DNA from: Balanoglossus misakiensis
Lineage: Eukaryota; Animalia; Hemichordata
Assembly (NCBI GenBank): GCA_040954595.2
Contig: CM082587.2
Span: 7,429,705 to 7,493,704, forward strand
Length of the DNA: 64,000 bases
Direction of reading: 5' to 3'
Shown: in pieces, positions 41,362 through 54,500 of the stretch
How the letters are laid out: each line of letters opens with the position of its first letter
Numbering within the stretch: position 1 is the stretch's first letter
The notes under the pieces: model-generated
What the model was told of the DNA's origin: nothing
The model's input: the letters and a program-made list of their open reading frames with translations, nothing else
The model's database searches: none
Translations under genes and position numbers: made by a program

Positions 41362-41953
41362 TTTTTAGGTCCCATTGGTATATACCATGGGACCTTATGG
41401 GATCGGTTGCGTCTGTATGTATGTATGTATGGATGGATGTATGGATATATGGATGTATGTCTGTATGTCCGTCCACATCAAAAATTTGAAAACCGCTGCG
41501 TGTATCACCTTGATATTTGGTGTGCAGCTGTAGATGGGAGTTTGTTCAAATGAAGGTGTCATCGCCAAAAATATGCAAATTAGCTGGAAAATGTGAATTT
41601 GGTCAAAACTCAGTAGCTCAAGAACTACTGGTCAGATTGCTTTGCAAAGTGGTGTGTATTTACTTTATTGGATTGTTTTAATTAGGCAGGAAGTCCCCTC
41701 CTGTGATTGATTTACACAGCAAATTCCTGAATGATTACAAAACTGGCTAAGTTTTGAAGAGGCCAGCTGTTCTATTTAGTGTATGTACAGTACATATGCC
41801 ATTGGCAGCTTATGGGTCAGTCAGTGTTTGCCCATTGATCTCTCACTATGTGTGTGTGTGTCTGTCTGTCTGTATATGGCCATGTACTCCGGTGTAGACT
41901 TTTTCTTGTGTAATCACTCAATGGGACCACCGTGTCCTTGACGCGATTTTCTT
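41362..41953 (+). mobile_element. Helentron/DINE-like non-autonomous element (HINE)
   Basis: T-run start, sub-terminal IR GGTCCCATTG (41368-41377) / CAATGGGACC (41919-41928), a (GTAT/GGAT)n microsatellite, and a 3' hairpin CGTGTCCTTGACGCG followed by Ts. Confidence 0.6.
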
Positions 41954-42817
41954 ATGTAGGTATGGCGACCTTTACGAGAATTTAAAATTTTCGATATCAT
42001 AGGTTATTGGCAGCCTTCAGAAATGGCAGTTTTAACAAAAATAATTAATGATATACCCTTTTCCGTACCTGTTTCGGTGTGAACGATGGTGTTATACATT
42101 AAAGAAAAAACAACTGTAATTTTTTACTGTTGCCATTAAAGCGAATTGAGCTCCACAGAAGGAATTCACTGACCAACGATTTTCAGTCCTTTGGCCAGAA
42201 GACCTGTGTGTTCACTGCCTGTACTGTATGCTGTATGCCATTTGCTGCAGAACGCAGTTATTCCCCGAAAAATAAAGCTTCAGTATCGTTTTTCTGAAAT
42301 TTGACAGGACGATAACTGGTGCAAATACCTCCAGCGTGATACTTGAACTTTGTATTTTCCAGTGTGAATTAAAACACCATTTTTGAGGATGCATTTAAAA
42401 TAAACGGTTAATTTTCACTTTATTATTTACAATAGTCTGTTTGAATAAATATTATCTGATTGGACGAGAGCTCAATCCAGCGATGCTAAAATACTCAACA
42501 ATGCACTGCTAAAACGGGCCCCTGAACTTGCATACGGCAGCAAAAATGTGCGGTTAAACCACAGTCTCGCGTGTTTAAACCAAATAAATAAAACAAAAAA
42601 ACTTGAATTAACGGACGTTTTATTTTGGAACTGCTCTGTGGAAATATTTGTCACTTTGCCCGTCTTGTCACTTTTTGTCGTCTGCTTCATGTCTAATGCT
42701 CGTGTTTACATTCATCGTCGCCATGTTGGTTCACGATCGTAATTTCTCTTTCTGACGCCGTTTCGGTAAGAAAATGACACTGATATGCCACAAAAACAAT
42801 TGTTGATATAATATAAT

Positions 42818-42959
42818 AGCAATAACCCCCGCCTCAGTCGGGTATACACTCGATTTGGGTACAATTCGCTCCATATAGCACTCGCCTGACGGCTCGAGCT
42901 ATATGTCTCGAATTGTACCCAAATCTCGTGTATACCCGCCTGCGGCGGGGGTTATTGCT
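42818..42959. mobile_element. 142-bp imperfect palindrome, probable terminus of a Crypton-like non-autonomous element
   Basis: AGCAATAACCCCCGCC...GGCGGGGGTTATTGCT arms pair over ~65 bp. A related fragment lies at ~56610-56645. The family assignment is from recalled structure only. Confidence 0.55.
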
Positions 42960-43710
42960 TAAATAATGTTTCATTGGTGTAGGCTGCCAGCTGTGCTTTT
43001 TCCCATGGTAGCAAGCTCGCGCGACCTTTTAGACACTGACGTACCGACACTGTGCCTACAGTCTACACTTTATTTATGTAGCTGCAGGCACAGCGAAGGT
43101 ATGGTCATGTTTAAACAAGGTCACGCGAGCTCGCGTTCGACCAGGGCATGCAACTTGATATGTTGTTAGCCATTTTATGTATTATGTCATTCACAAAAAA
43201 CTTTGAGAGGGGCGATGTCGTTTACATATTTTTTTTTATTTGTTGTTGGGTAACCACAAATAACCTAGTCCATATAGTGGATGTATACTGTATATACTTT
43301 TAGTCTTTTAGCAAAACTGCTTCGTCGAAAAGTGCATGCGTAATGAAATAGTAGCGGAGAGGAAGACGGCTTGGATTCGAAGTGTAGACATAATAAGATG
43401 AAATGTAGATGAATTCAAAAAGAAGAGAGAAATTGGGTGTTCTTAGGAAGCTTTTTTCAATAAGAGTGTCTAAAACCTCGTATACAATGCTGAGTCAGCA
43501 CTATTCTTGCACTCCTCACGCTACAGTTTTCCCAAGCTGAAAATATCAGCCATCTCAACATGAAGCATGGTGACGTACTATGTTTCTTTGATCATTTAAC
43601 AAAGCTACCAATTGAAAGAAAAGGACAATATGATGGGTATGATGGACGACAGTAATCTGTCACGCATGTGATCAATAAGACGGCTGCTTCTAAAAGTCCA
43701 CACCAGTCCA

Positions 43711-43930
43711 CACTTCGGCCGGGTATATCGAGTTTTGTTTGCAACGTTTCACGCCAGAGTTATGTATGCTGGGGTTTGTTTGCTCACTTCGGCCGGGTAT
43801 ATCGAGTTTTGTTTGCAACGTTTCACGCCAGAGTTATGTCTGCTGGGTTTTGTCTGCTCACTTCGGCCGGGTATATCGAGTTTTGTTTGCAACGTTTCAC
43901 GCCAGAGTTGTGTCTGCTATGTTTTTGTTT
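43711..43930. repeat. 74-bp minisatellite, ~3 copies
   Basis: Unit CACTTCGGCCGGGTATATCGAGTTTTG... starts at 43711, 43785 and 43859. Confidence 0.95.
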
Positions 43931-44712
43931 GAATGTTCTGCTTCCGTAATGGTATACCTTAGCGTGCGCGTGGTAGCGTGAAATATCACCGGTGGTGTTT
44001 CACACTAACCGTTGTGATATTCACGTCAAACGTCATTAGGGGGAGGTGATATCAGCACGAACACATAAGACGAAATTGGATCTAGGTCAACTGGGCGTCT
44101 AGTGGGCAAATTACTTCTCATCTACAGAATTGCGCGAGTGCTCATCCATTGCCCATGTTCATTTGAAAAAGACACCATGCTTAATTTAATTCGTGAACGT
44201 GAAGAGTCTCATTTACCGACCCTTGCTGAATCGGGACGGGAGCAACAGGCAACAAGTGGAGTTCAGTTTCCAGTAACTCTGCTTCTGAATTGTCAGAAAA
44301 TCACGCTTTTTGTAATAAAAAAACAAGTCTCTCTCTCTCGCTGCCCTTTTCCCATTAATTATGTTTGATGCAAGACATCGTTTATATTATTCTACATGTG
44401 GATATATAGTGAATCATCGTTTGACCACAAACAACATCCATCCCGTTTGTAGGAAATGAGAGTAAAAATCTTGTGTTTACAAGTGGGATGGAAGTTGTGT
44501 TTGGTGTAATGCCATATTATGACATGCAAATTATGAAAAAATACGCAAGGGTGCCAATGTGTGCACCCGGCCGTCAGAATATCAAATGGGATGTCATTTT
44601 GAACACATTTTAGTTGAACGCCGAGCAATTGTTCATTAAAGTGTAGAGGCAACTCGGTGTTAATATGACTTCTGTGTAAGCAGTAATTGATTCGAATATT
44701 TGTTTTAAACAG

Positions 44713-44830
44713 GTGCATGGTATGGAATCAACACGAGGGATGTAACTGTGTTACAGAAAGCTCTTATTCAGGCTTTCTATAAATTTGGATATTTTTATCA
44801 TCGATATTTGTAATTTTGCCTTCATGGAGC
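44713..44830 (+). pseudogene. Possible decayed paralogue of O-FucT-like exon 3
   Basis: The acceptor TTTAAACAG|G gives (R)CMVWNQHEGC, in the same phase as, and similar to, (R)CLIWDQEKGC at 56041. Frameshifts and stops follow. Confidence 0.4.
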
Positions 44831-44956
44831 ATTCACATTTTATGAGGAGTGGAGAAATGCAAAACCTGCCGCCCGTCGAATTGCTTTTTTTCTTAATAAT
44901 GACCCCCTAAATTTATACTGTTAAATGTGACACACATGCACCCATTCTGTTCGCTG

Positions 44957-45444
44957 ATCACAACAGGACAGCATTGTCACAAAGAGAGGATTACTGCATC
45001 AAATTTGATGAAACCATCTCACAAAGTAATGATCGTACCATCTATAAGGCATCTCATTTACCTGTTCATTTCTATATTTTAGTGATTTTCTAATTAGTGC
45101 TATATTTCTGAAATTACTGTGACGAAACTTACTGCAAATATTAATGAGACCTAGATGTGACTGTACTTCAAGTAATACATTTTCTACAAAAGATATCATT
45201 ATCACAACAGGACAGCATTGTCACAAAGAGAGGACTACTGCATCAAATTTGATGAAACCATCTCACAAAGTAATGATCGTACCATCTATAAGGCATCTCA
45301 TTTACCTGTTCATTTCTATATTTTAGTGATTTTCTAATTAGTGCTATATTTCTGAAATTACTGTGACGAAACTTACTGCAAATATTAATGAGACCTAGAT
45401 GTGACTGTACTTCAAGAAATACATTTTCTACAAAAGATATCATT
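44957..45444. repeat. 244-bp tandem duplication
   Basis: 44957-45200 and 45201-45444; only 2 differences seen. Confidence 0.95.
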
Positions 45445-45761
45445 TACATAACTATAGAAAAACGCCTAGTGCAACTTTACATACTAGTAATTATGCTTTA
45501 ATTATTTTAATAATGCATGGAATATTCGAGTGGACAAACATTACATTTTGCAGTTACTGTATGTCTTATGCATGTTTGAGCTGCACAACGTCTTTTAGAT
45601 TTACATTTTAGAAGCAGTTTTCTTTTCCCTCAGTGTTGTGTTAGAGCTGCAAATTATCTGTTTAGCGCTAGCGCTGCCATTTGTTTTCTCTGCATTTAAT
45701 CTCAAATCTGCACTACATATAGTAAAGATAGACTACTCATGTGTGTATGTCTTCTATTCAG

Positions 45762-45965
45762 GGTTTAAGGGAGAAAAGGCAAATTACACAAAAGGTAAAT
45801 CTCTGGTCACGAAGACGCACTTATCTGTAAATGCATCACATGAATTTTCGTCGGCAATACTACTAATAAGGAATCCGTACGATGCAATTGTTGCAGATTT
45901 TTCTAGATTGAGAACGAGGAAAAATCACACCGGAATTGTGTCCACTAAGGCCTTTAAAGCAAAAG
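45762..45965 (+). pseudogene. Isolated exon of a WSCD1/2-type sulfotransferase domain
   Basis: CAG|...|GTATGT, 204 nt, phase 1-1. Encodes GFKGEK...LVTKTH...AILLIRNPYDAIVADF, the 3'-phosphate-binding region typical of WSCD proteins. No partner exons recognised in the window. Confidence 0.65.
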
Positions 45966-48126
45966 GTATGTCTTCCTCATATGTAATGTAGTATGTATCA
46001 AGGATTAGAAAAGGAAATTAAAAATGAAGAATTTATCACAATATGGAAATTATAGAAAAAATACCCTGCAAATAACACTTACAGAAGAAGTTAGATGTGC
46101 CTTTTTGTACTACTCTCGCGTATTGGAAAGTTACGTGTTGGCTGCCAGCTGTGCTTTTTCCCATGAGGCAATTATTCAGTTTCTATCATATACAGTAATT
46201 ATTACTAAACGTTCCCTGAAAAAATACTTGTGGTATAAGCGCTAGGTGTGAACAGTGGTGCGTCTAGTCACATGTTCATCAAAATAAGGTCGTGCAAACC
46301 CACTTAGAATTCAAAATTTAATGCACACAGCTTTTAATTTGCATTCGCTGCTGAAAGGAGACCCAGTGAAGGTCGCGAACAGCGGGATATAGAGTTATAA
46401 TATATGGTCACGTGTTTCATTCCGGTGACAGGTGGAGCTGCTGAATTTGGAATTGTTTGCCGCTTATGAATTTCAAAAGTACAGAGACCGGAAAGTTGTT
46501 GTAGTAATCGAAGTGAGATTTAATGAAACTTTCATATGTGAATTTCTCGGTTGGAGATTTATCTAACTTTCTACGAAGGTTGCCCGTCTCCCACTAGGGC
46601 ATGCGAGACTGATTTGCAAAGTTGACGTGAATAATGTGTGCTGATATACATGAAGTAGGAGCAAAATCAGCGAAGGTATGGTCATGTTTAAACAAGGTCA
46701 CGCGAGCTCGCGATCGACCAGGGCATGCAACTTGATATGCTGTTTTATGTATTATGTCATTCACAAACAACTTTGAGAGGGGCTATGTCGTTTATTTGAT
46801 TGTTTATTTGCTGTTCGTTCCAAATCAAACCAAATCTCAAATTTTTGGATGCAGCTGCTGAACCTTTAATGAAAACATCTCCTCGTTCGCATAATCTATT
46901 CAAATTCAAGTATGTTATTTTCGATCCATGCGGTAATGTCATCATGTATTCTGTTAGTGACGTGAATTGTGCACCAACTATTGTCAATAAGGTTGTTTTC
47001 ACAACAGCGAAGGAATGCGAGGAGGGTAATTTATAGGCGCCAATTCACTTTTTATGGGTCTGTTTACATTTCGTCTGGTCATTGCCTGAAAATGAAAGAT
47101 TTCATAGCCACTTGACTTCACTATTTATATCCGACTAACTTTATTTTACGCAACGTTGACGAGGATAGTACACACATTTATTGTACCGCACGTCGTAAAT
47201 TCGAGTGTTGGGAATATAATGCAAAACTTGTGTAAGACACAATTATTGCAGTCCAAAATGTTGTCCGTGTAAACGCAAAGCATCCTTCTGTCCATATGTT
47301 CTGTCGCACGCTAAACGCATTGTAAATTATAAATACAAGGTTGCGCCAGATTGGTAACTTATTTGCAATATACAGCCTAGTGATGGTGGTTGTAATTTCA
47401 TGCAGACTTTTCCGCCAACTGGTGTTCGGGAACAGGCGGCTTGGTGAGGAGACCGTGGCAAATGAAAATGAAGGAAAATAATCGCATTGACGTCATCCAA
47501 GCTATAAATCTTTTGACTGGAAAAGGTTACGAAATCATTGGCTTCAGGTTACCGTTAGGTCATTATCTTATGACAGCAACGGGATATCAATCACCTCTAA
47601 AAGGCAGGTAAACTTTACCTGTGTAAATTTCTATTACATAAAGCCGTTGCGATGATACAGCAAGGACATTCGTATTTTATGTTCGCTAAGTTAACCCTTT
47701 AACTTAAATAAGCAAATCATTGCTTCTGAAGAGATTTGATCGACCGATGTAATGTAACAATTCATATAAATTTCACATTTAACTGGATGTTTGACAATTT
47801 GTACAAAATGTGAATATCGCGTTAGAAATGATCGTTCCTTTACCTGTCGTTCAGCTGAATTTTTATGTTACAAATCTAAAATGGCGTGATTTCTGGCCGA
47901 TTTCACTTAAACTTCGCACGTTGGATATATAGAATCGGGGTAGTGTTTACATTATAACATGATATGGACTCATCTAATCAGGGTGTCTTATTTTTATACT
48001 CTCATGCCATATTTACTTGGTTCACATCTTGGGCCATGGCCGGCCAATACTAATCACGATGATTGTGAGAAGAGAAGATCATCCTTAGTACGCGTTCACA
48101 CTGTATTTGGTTCAGTCCTGGCCTAC

Positions 48127-48145
48127 CATAGGGAACTGAGTAATT

Positions 48146-48207
<62 letters not shown>

Positions 48208-49295
48208 AAGATTGGTAATAAAATTTTTAAAAAAATCAATGTTCATTTCTTGCTATGTTTGTCGATGTTGTAGATAACTGTAAAAAAAAACCAACCATAA
48301 TCGTGGAAAACACGACCTAGGTCGCCGAATGTCACTACCGTCTTACATACAGGCAAGGGTGGAATCCACATGCCCTGATCTAGGCTCATGGGCCACCTTC
48401 AAGGCCCTGAAAAATCACCCCATTCACCAGCGAGCGATTAAATTATGCCACCATAGGCATTGAAATTTATCTCACTGACCTAATTTGGGCTTCACTTCAT
48501 CTATCGACCTGCAAACGAGTGGAAAAACGGCGATTTCCAAGTCGTACCCAGTCAAATTCAATCACATTTGAATGACGCGACCGGTGGTGATGGCTCCATT
48601 TCTCTGCCTATTTAAATTGACCAATCGGGCGCCCTGTAAAGGCTGCCTCGGCCACCGCTCAACTCGTACGAGTACGTGTAACTGCGTTCAAAATAACGCG
48701 AAAAAAAGGAGGCGAAACCTTAAGAGTCATACAGATAAATGGATACTTCCCAACTTTGTCATAAAATCTACCATTTTACGTCTTGAATACAGTGCAGTCG
48801 ATAGTCAGAACGTACACTTCCGGGTGTTGCTCGTACGAGTTGAGCGGTGGCCGAGGCAGCCTTTACAGGGCGCCCGATTGGTCAATTTAAATAGGCAGAG
48901 AAATGGAGCCATCACCACCGGTCGCGTCATTCAAATGTGATTGAATTTGACTGGGTACGACTTGGAAATCGCCGTTTTTCCACTCGTTTGCAGGTCGATA
49001 GATGAAGTGAAGCCCAAATTAGGTCAGTGAGATAAATTTCAATGCCTATGGTGGCATAATTTAATCGCTCGCTGGTGAATGGGGTGATTTTTCAGGGCCT
49101 TGAAGGTGGCCCATGAGCCTAGATCAGGGCATGTGGATTCCACCCTTGCCTGTATGTAAGACGGTAGTGACATTCGGCGACCTAGGTCGTGTTTTCCACG
49201 ATTATGGTTGGGTTTTTTTTTACAGTTATCTACAACATCGACAAACATAGCAAGAAATGAACATTGATTTTTTTTAAATTTTTATTACCAATCTT

Positions 49296-49334
<39 letters not shown>

Positions 49335-49358
49335 AACAAAATTACTCAGTTCCCTATG
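48127..49358. mobile_element. Foldback DNA transposon, non-autonomous, P-superfamily/Galileo-like
   Basis: Arms 48127-48672 and 48830-49358 are near-perfect reverse complements around a 157-bp spacer. Termini are CATAG...CTATG. The 7-bp TSD GGCCTAC is at 48120-48126 and 49359-49365. Confidence 0.88.
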
Positions 49359-49669
49359 GGCCTACATCGATACTCAGCGTATCGCCAACTTTTGACCTTA
49401 TACAGGTCAAGATGGCTGCCTTCGATAGGAGAACAACCGTCCTCTTTTGGTTGTTTTTACGATTTTTGCGATTTAGACGGGGGCACTTTGACCCATCGAT
49501 CAATTTTAAACGAGCTATCTGGAATGCAAGAGTTAACTAGTGATCAGTCCCAAGGCGAAACTGGCGGCGTGGTCGCCAGCAGCGTGGAGAAATTCGGCGG
49601 TCAAGAATACGCTTGGTCTTTCTTAAAACAATGGCCGCAAAGTGCCATGGGTGAATACGGTCGATCGGA

Positions 49670-51543
49670 GAGTATGGAAAATGCCTAAAAGACACTTGAT
49701 TTCTTCCGTAGCCCATGCAGTCGACTCCTCAACTCACCATTGTCAAATGCCAAGTTTATACTCTACAGGTGTTACTCAGTCTGCAGTGCACTTTGTCTGT
49801 ATTGTTGTTTGTTAACGGATGTGATTAGACTGACGAGGACTACGATAAAGAAAATACTCGGTCGAGCCTTTATTACTCAACGAAATAGCAACATTCGTCA
49901 CTGAGATTCAAGCCGTTGTAGTTTCCCCGATTGACCTGTTGCACGATTTGGAGGGCATTGCATGCCAGCGTGACATCATTAGCACCGCACCGTACAATAG
50001 GTACACCGCGGGAAATATGAGTGCAAACATTGTACCTTATCTATGTTTGTGTATCATTGAGTTATCACGCCAGTGCAGACTGGTTACAGAGGTATGTACA
50101 TATAGGCGACAGGTGAAGGACGTTTGGGGAAACAACTACCCGAGATGAGATATCCCGCCGTGTGGTCGTCTACTGGGCAAATTCGTTCACATCTACAGAA
50201 TTACACGTGTGCTTATTTACAGTCTATTTAAGATGGCATTGCACGAAACCGTCAAGACTTTTTCAGAGGCCTATCCCTATAAAGCACACATATTCTGGAA
50301 GCTGAGTTTTTGAACTTTTGTTGGAGTTGCACATTTTATTGGACCCCAGAAAGGATTGCGTTTTTGGGCAAAAAAAAAATTTTGATATTATGTCATTCAA
50401 TTGAAATTAGGTAAAAAAGTTGACCATGCATCATGCATCTTAATATGTCATTCGAAACTAGAGTACACGAGCAAAACACGAAAATTGCGTCATCTGCTTC
50501 CATTGAGGATAAACAAGGTTTGAAAGTTAGATTTTTAGAAAATTTGATCAAATTCACGATGAGTTGTATTGAATCAGTGTTTATTCCCGCCAGGGACACT
50601 TTAACGACTAAAAAATATTTCATTTTTGTTAGATGGGTCATACACAATCCCCTGTTAAAATTTGAGCAAATTCGGCCAACGCAGAGCGAAGCTAAATTCT
50701 TCTGAAGTTGTCAAAAGCAGCGCAAGTGCAAACTGAGAAAAACGGCCATTTGCATTGTTGACACCTATTTCTTAAGCTGTGGACTCATTCAGAAAAGTGC
50801 TATTTTTGGGTGATTATGCACCATTTCAGCCAAGACGCATTTGCCAGAATGTGGATCAATATTAGACGTACCGATTTATGTAAGAGAGTAAAATTTGGCA
50901 AAATCACAACTTTTCATGCAATGCCACCTTAAATAATCATCTAACTGTTAATTTGGGCGGAGTATGGAAAATGCCTAAAAGACACTTGATTTCTTCCGTA
51001 GCCCATGCAGTCGACTCCTCAACTCACCATTGTCAAATGCCAAGTTTATACTCTACAGGTGTTACTCAGTCTGCAGTGCACTTTGTCTGTATTGTTGTTT
51101 GTTAACGGATGTGATTAGACTGACGAGGACTACGATAAAGAAAAATACTCGGTCGAGCCTTTATTACTCAACGAAATAGCAACATTCGTCACTGAGATTC
51201 AAGCCGTTGTAGTTTCCCCGATTGACCTGTTGCACGATTTGGAGGGCATTGCATGCCAGCGTGACATCATTAGCACCGCACCGTACAATAGGTACACCGC
51301 GGGAAATATGAGTGCAAACATTGTACCTTATCTATGTTTGTGTATCATTGAGTTATCACGCCAGTGCAGACTGGTTACAGAGGTATGTACATATAGGCGA
51401 CAGGTGAAGGACGTTTGGACATTTGCCAGAATGTGGATCAATATTAGACGTACCGATTTATGTAAGAGAGTAGAATTTGGCAAAATCACAACTTTTCATG
51501 CAATGCCACCTTAAATAATCATCTAACTGTTAATTTGGGCGGA
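49670..51543. repeat. Tandem duplication whose second copy has a ~710-bp internal deletion
   Basis: 49670-50127 matches 50960-51418 and ~50838-50961 matches ~51420-51543, both near-identical. Confidence 0.9.
50232..50928. mobile_element. TTAA-TSD non-autonomous DNA transposon (Kolobok-like)
   Basis: TTAA on both sides; 17-bp TIR G(A/G)TGGCATTGCA(C/T)GAAA. A homologous empty site TATTTAAATGGTCATCTAACTG is at ~33561. Confidence 0.75.
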
Positions 51544-54500
51544 AATAACCTTGGAGTTTCACTGTTAGACAGACTGATACTTTGATTGTAGCGCTAGCAT
51601 ACAAGTTTTTGCATGACACACACAAGGTCAAGATTTATAGCAAATGTTTGAACACTACAAAAAGTTAATATTGTATGAAATAATAACTCGTGTCAACCAA
51701 GCACCAACAATAATCATGGTAATTTAATCAGTTTCATGAAAGTGCGCATCAAGCTTGTTCTTTCAAGCGACACCGTGCCTATTTTGTGAACTTGAAGAGC
51801 TCACGTACCGACCCTTGCTGAATCGGGACGGGGGCAACAGTTAACACGTGGAGTTCAATTTCCAGTTATTCTACTTCTGAGTAATTTCAAAAGGTCATTT
51901 TCTTAAAATATAAATTGAAAGAGAAAATTCTTACGTTGAATTGAATTCTGCGAATGACCTGTGTTACTGATAAATTTAAATTACGGAAGTCAGCTTGTTT
52001 AAACAATTTATCAGTGACACAGGTCAAGAGCTCATTCATAGAATTCAATTCAAATACAGTGAAAATTTTCTCTTTAATTTTTCATTATAAGAAAAATGCA
52101 ATCGTGATGTTTTTTCTCAGTTCACTAAACTGTGTCTCAACCGGACATTCAGTATGGTACCGAACAACCAGTAACACAGTCAGATCTCACTGGCTAAATT
52201 CAAAGGGAATGGGTCGTCGCGCCGCGTGGGGGTCCCCCTTGAAGAGACTATGACCTCCCATACCAGCGCAAACCCCACTGCAGTCACCACGACCTACTAG
52301 GATCTTCAGTTGCTGTCATGCCCAGTCTACGCTACGGTTGGCCGCTTCGTTCATTCTAAGAATGACCTAATTTCAGGGATTTGTGGATGAATTGTAATTT
52401 ATAAATTTATAAACAAACAAACGCGGCGCGAGACCGCTTCCCTTAATGGATTATTCGAACGATAATTGGCCAGGAAAACGCGCAATTAGTAAATTACCCA
52501 GAAGGAGCATGTAATTGGAAATTCAACTTCCAATTGATGACTGTTGCATCCATCATGATTCAGCAAGAGTCGGTAAGTGAGGCTGTTTATATTTACGGGG
52601 TCCAACACTGTACTTTATGAACTTTCGTTAGATTTGAATTCTGTTATATCTCAGGTTTGTGTAAATTCATATATGCACAGAAATTCGCAAATTCGGAGAT
52701 TTTTTGCCAAAAAATTATGTTCACAATGTGATTGTGACCATCACCTCTCCCCAAGAACTAGTGGCCCATCCCAAATACCGTTTACGACGCCTGGCCGGAT
52801 AATTTCATCTTTTAATCATAGAACGGCACGGTCCAGAGCTGATTTTCATTGCATGGTTAGTATCACTGGACCGCACTCAACATAGGCAACGACACCGTTC
52901 ATGAAGACCAATCATCTCGCCACTAACAATATTGGTTGCATTGAGGTGACCGATAATATGACAGAACTCCATGACCTCTGCGCGCGATCTGTACCGTGCA
53001 GAAGTTCATTTAAGGGCCTGGTCAGAATTAACAAGGGGGGGGGGGGCTGGTGCGATTCGAAATCTGAATGCATGAAAAATACTGACCCTCCACTGATTTC
53101 TTGCACAAAAAATGCTGACCCTCCCCCTTCTCCTTGAACGAAATCAAGTGACCCTCCCCACAGCACGTGAAATATCCCATGATTCATTCTGATTTGTACA
53201 ATCAGAGATTACTCAGTCAAACCAGGCAAAGTTCACATGTGTAGAGAAAATTGTAGACCACTAAGGCTGCATTCACAAACACCTCTGGAGGGAGGGGGGG
53301 GGTCTGGAGAATTCAATATTTTAAAATCCCCCCTTCCGAACGGCTAAAATTTTGAAATCCCCCATATATATAAACAGCGCTCCCATGAAAAGATTTTGAA
53401 ACTGATGTATTCCCTCATCAGTGGGTATTGAGTGTTGGTAGACATTGTAAACCGAGAAGTGAAGGGGTGGGTAGAAAATTTTATAAAATACAGAGCTCAA
53501 AGGTGCATTTTAATGAACCCAAAAGCAAATTAACTCAATTACCTGTATGTTGGGGAGGGCAAGTTTAACCTTCGCCGCTCAAAGTTAGCATTGGGGGGGG
53601 GGGGGCAAGTCCCCTAATCTGGGACACTAGATAAACCAGTCAATGATTGAAAGGTGTTGATGAATGAAGGGGGTGGGTGTGGGAGGGGGTGCCCCCTTCC
53701 CACATTAGAAAAATTTGAATTATGAAGGGTTCAAAACTGCATTTTTGAGGACTCAAAATAAATATTTAGTCCTCAAAGTTTTCAAGTCCCTAAATTATTT
53801 CAAATCCCCCCTATAGCGAGAGATTTTCTAAATTTTTGAGGTTCCCAAATAAACTGCAGCTGATAACTAAATACACCCAATGCGGATCTCGCGAACGTGC
53901 AGGGTTTCATGGGAAATAGCGAAGCGGAAGTGCGGTCAATGACCAGACGACGCTATTCTTCAACACGGAAGAGGCCGATTTTTTTTGTACAAATCGTTAA
54001 ATTACGAAGGGGCACAAGTTTTTTTTTTTAAATAAAACGACACCAAGTACTAGTTAATACTCTCACTGGTGAGTACCCCATGTATGTTTTTAGACTGAAA
54101 TGTTGTATATCGGAAAGATATCGTAGTTTTTCGTGTGATTTAGCGGCGAGCGACAAGGGGACGCGAACGTACGGACCGGGTCCTCGGCCGCCAAGAGAGC
54201 AGCGCCCGGCCATCCGCGTACATGCAGCCCGTAGTCTCGCGGTGCCACGTCGGCTTCACATTTTCGTGGACGTAGTAATTTTTCAAATTATGTTTAAATC
54301 TGTCTGTACCAGAGGAACATAGACGCTTCAAAAAAATGTCTTGAAGTATATTTCACCGTAATATTTCCGTAAAAACGAAACAAACGGATTTTCAGTGTTC
54401 CTGCAAAGGGATCGGGCCAGTGTAAACACCTGCTTCACTCATTAATTATGTGCATAGCTTATCCAAACTAACCAATATAGCCTATTGGACATGGACCAGT

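Noticed and set aside
43330-43660. Possible decayed coding sequence
   Set aside because: Multiple stops and no family motif I could identify.
43711-43930. CRISPR-like array
   Set aside because: Contiguous 74-bp units without unique spacers, no cas genes, eukaryotic context.
47959-49248. ORFs in the foldback element (poly-Val, 122 aa, 69 aa)
   Set aside because: Products of the microsatellite and the palindrome; no transposase motifs.
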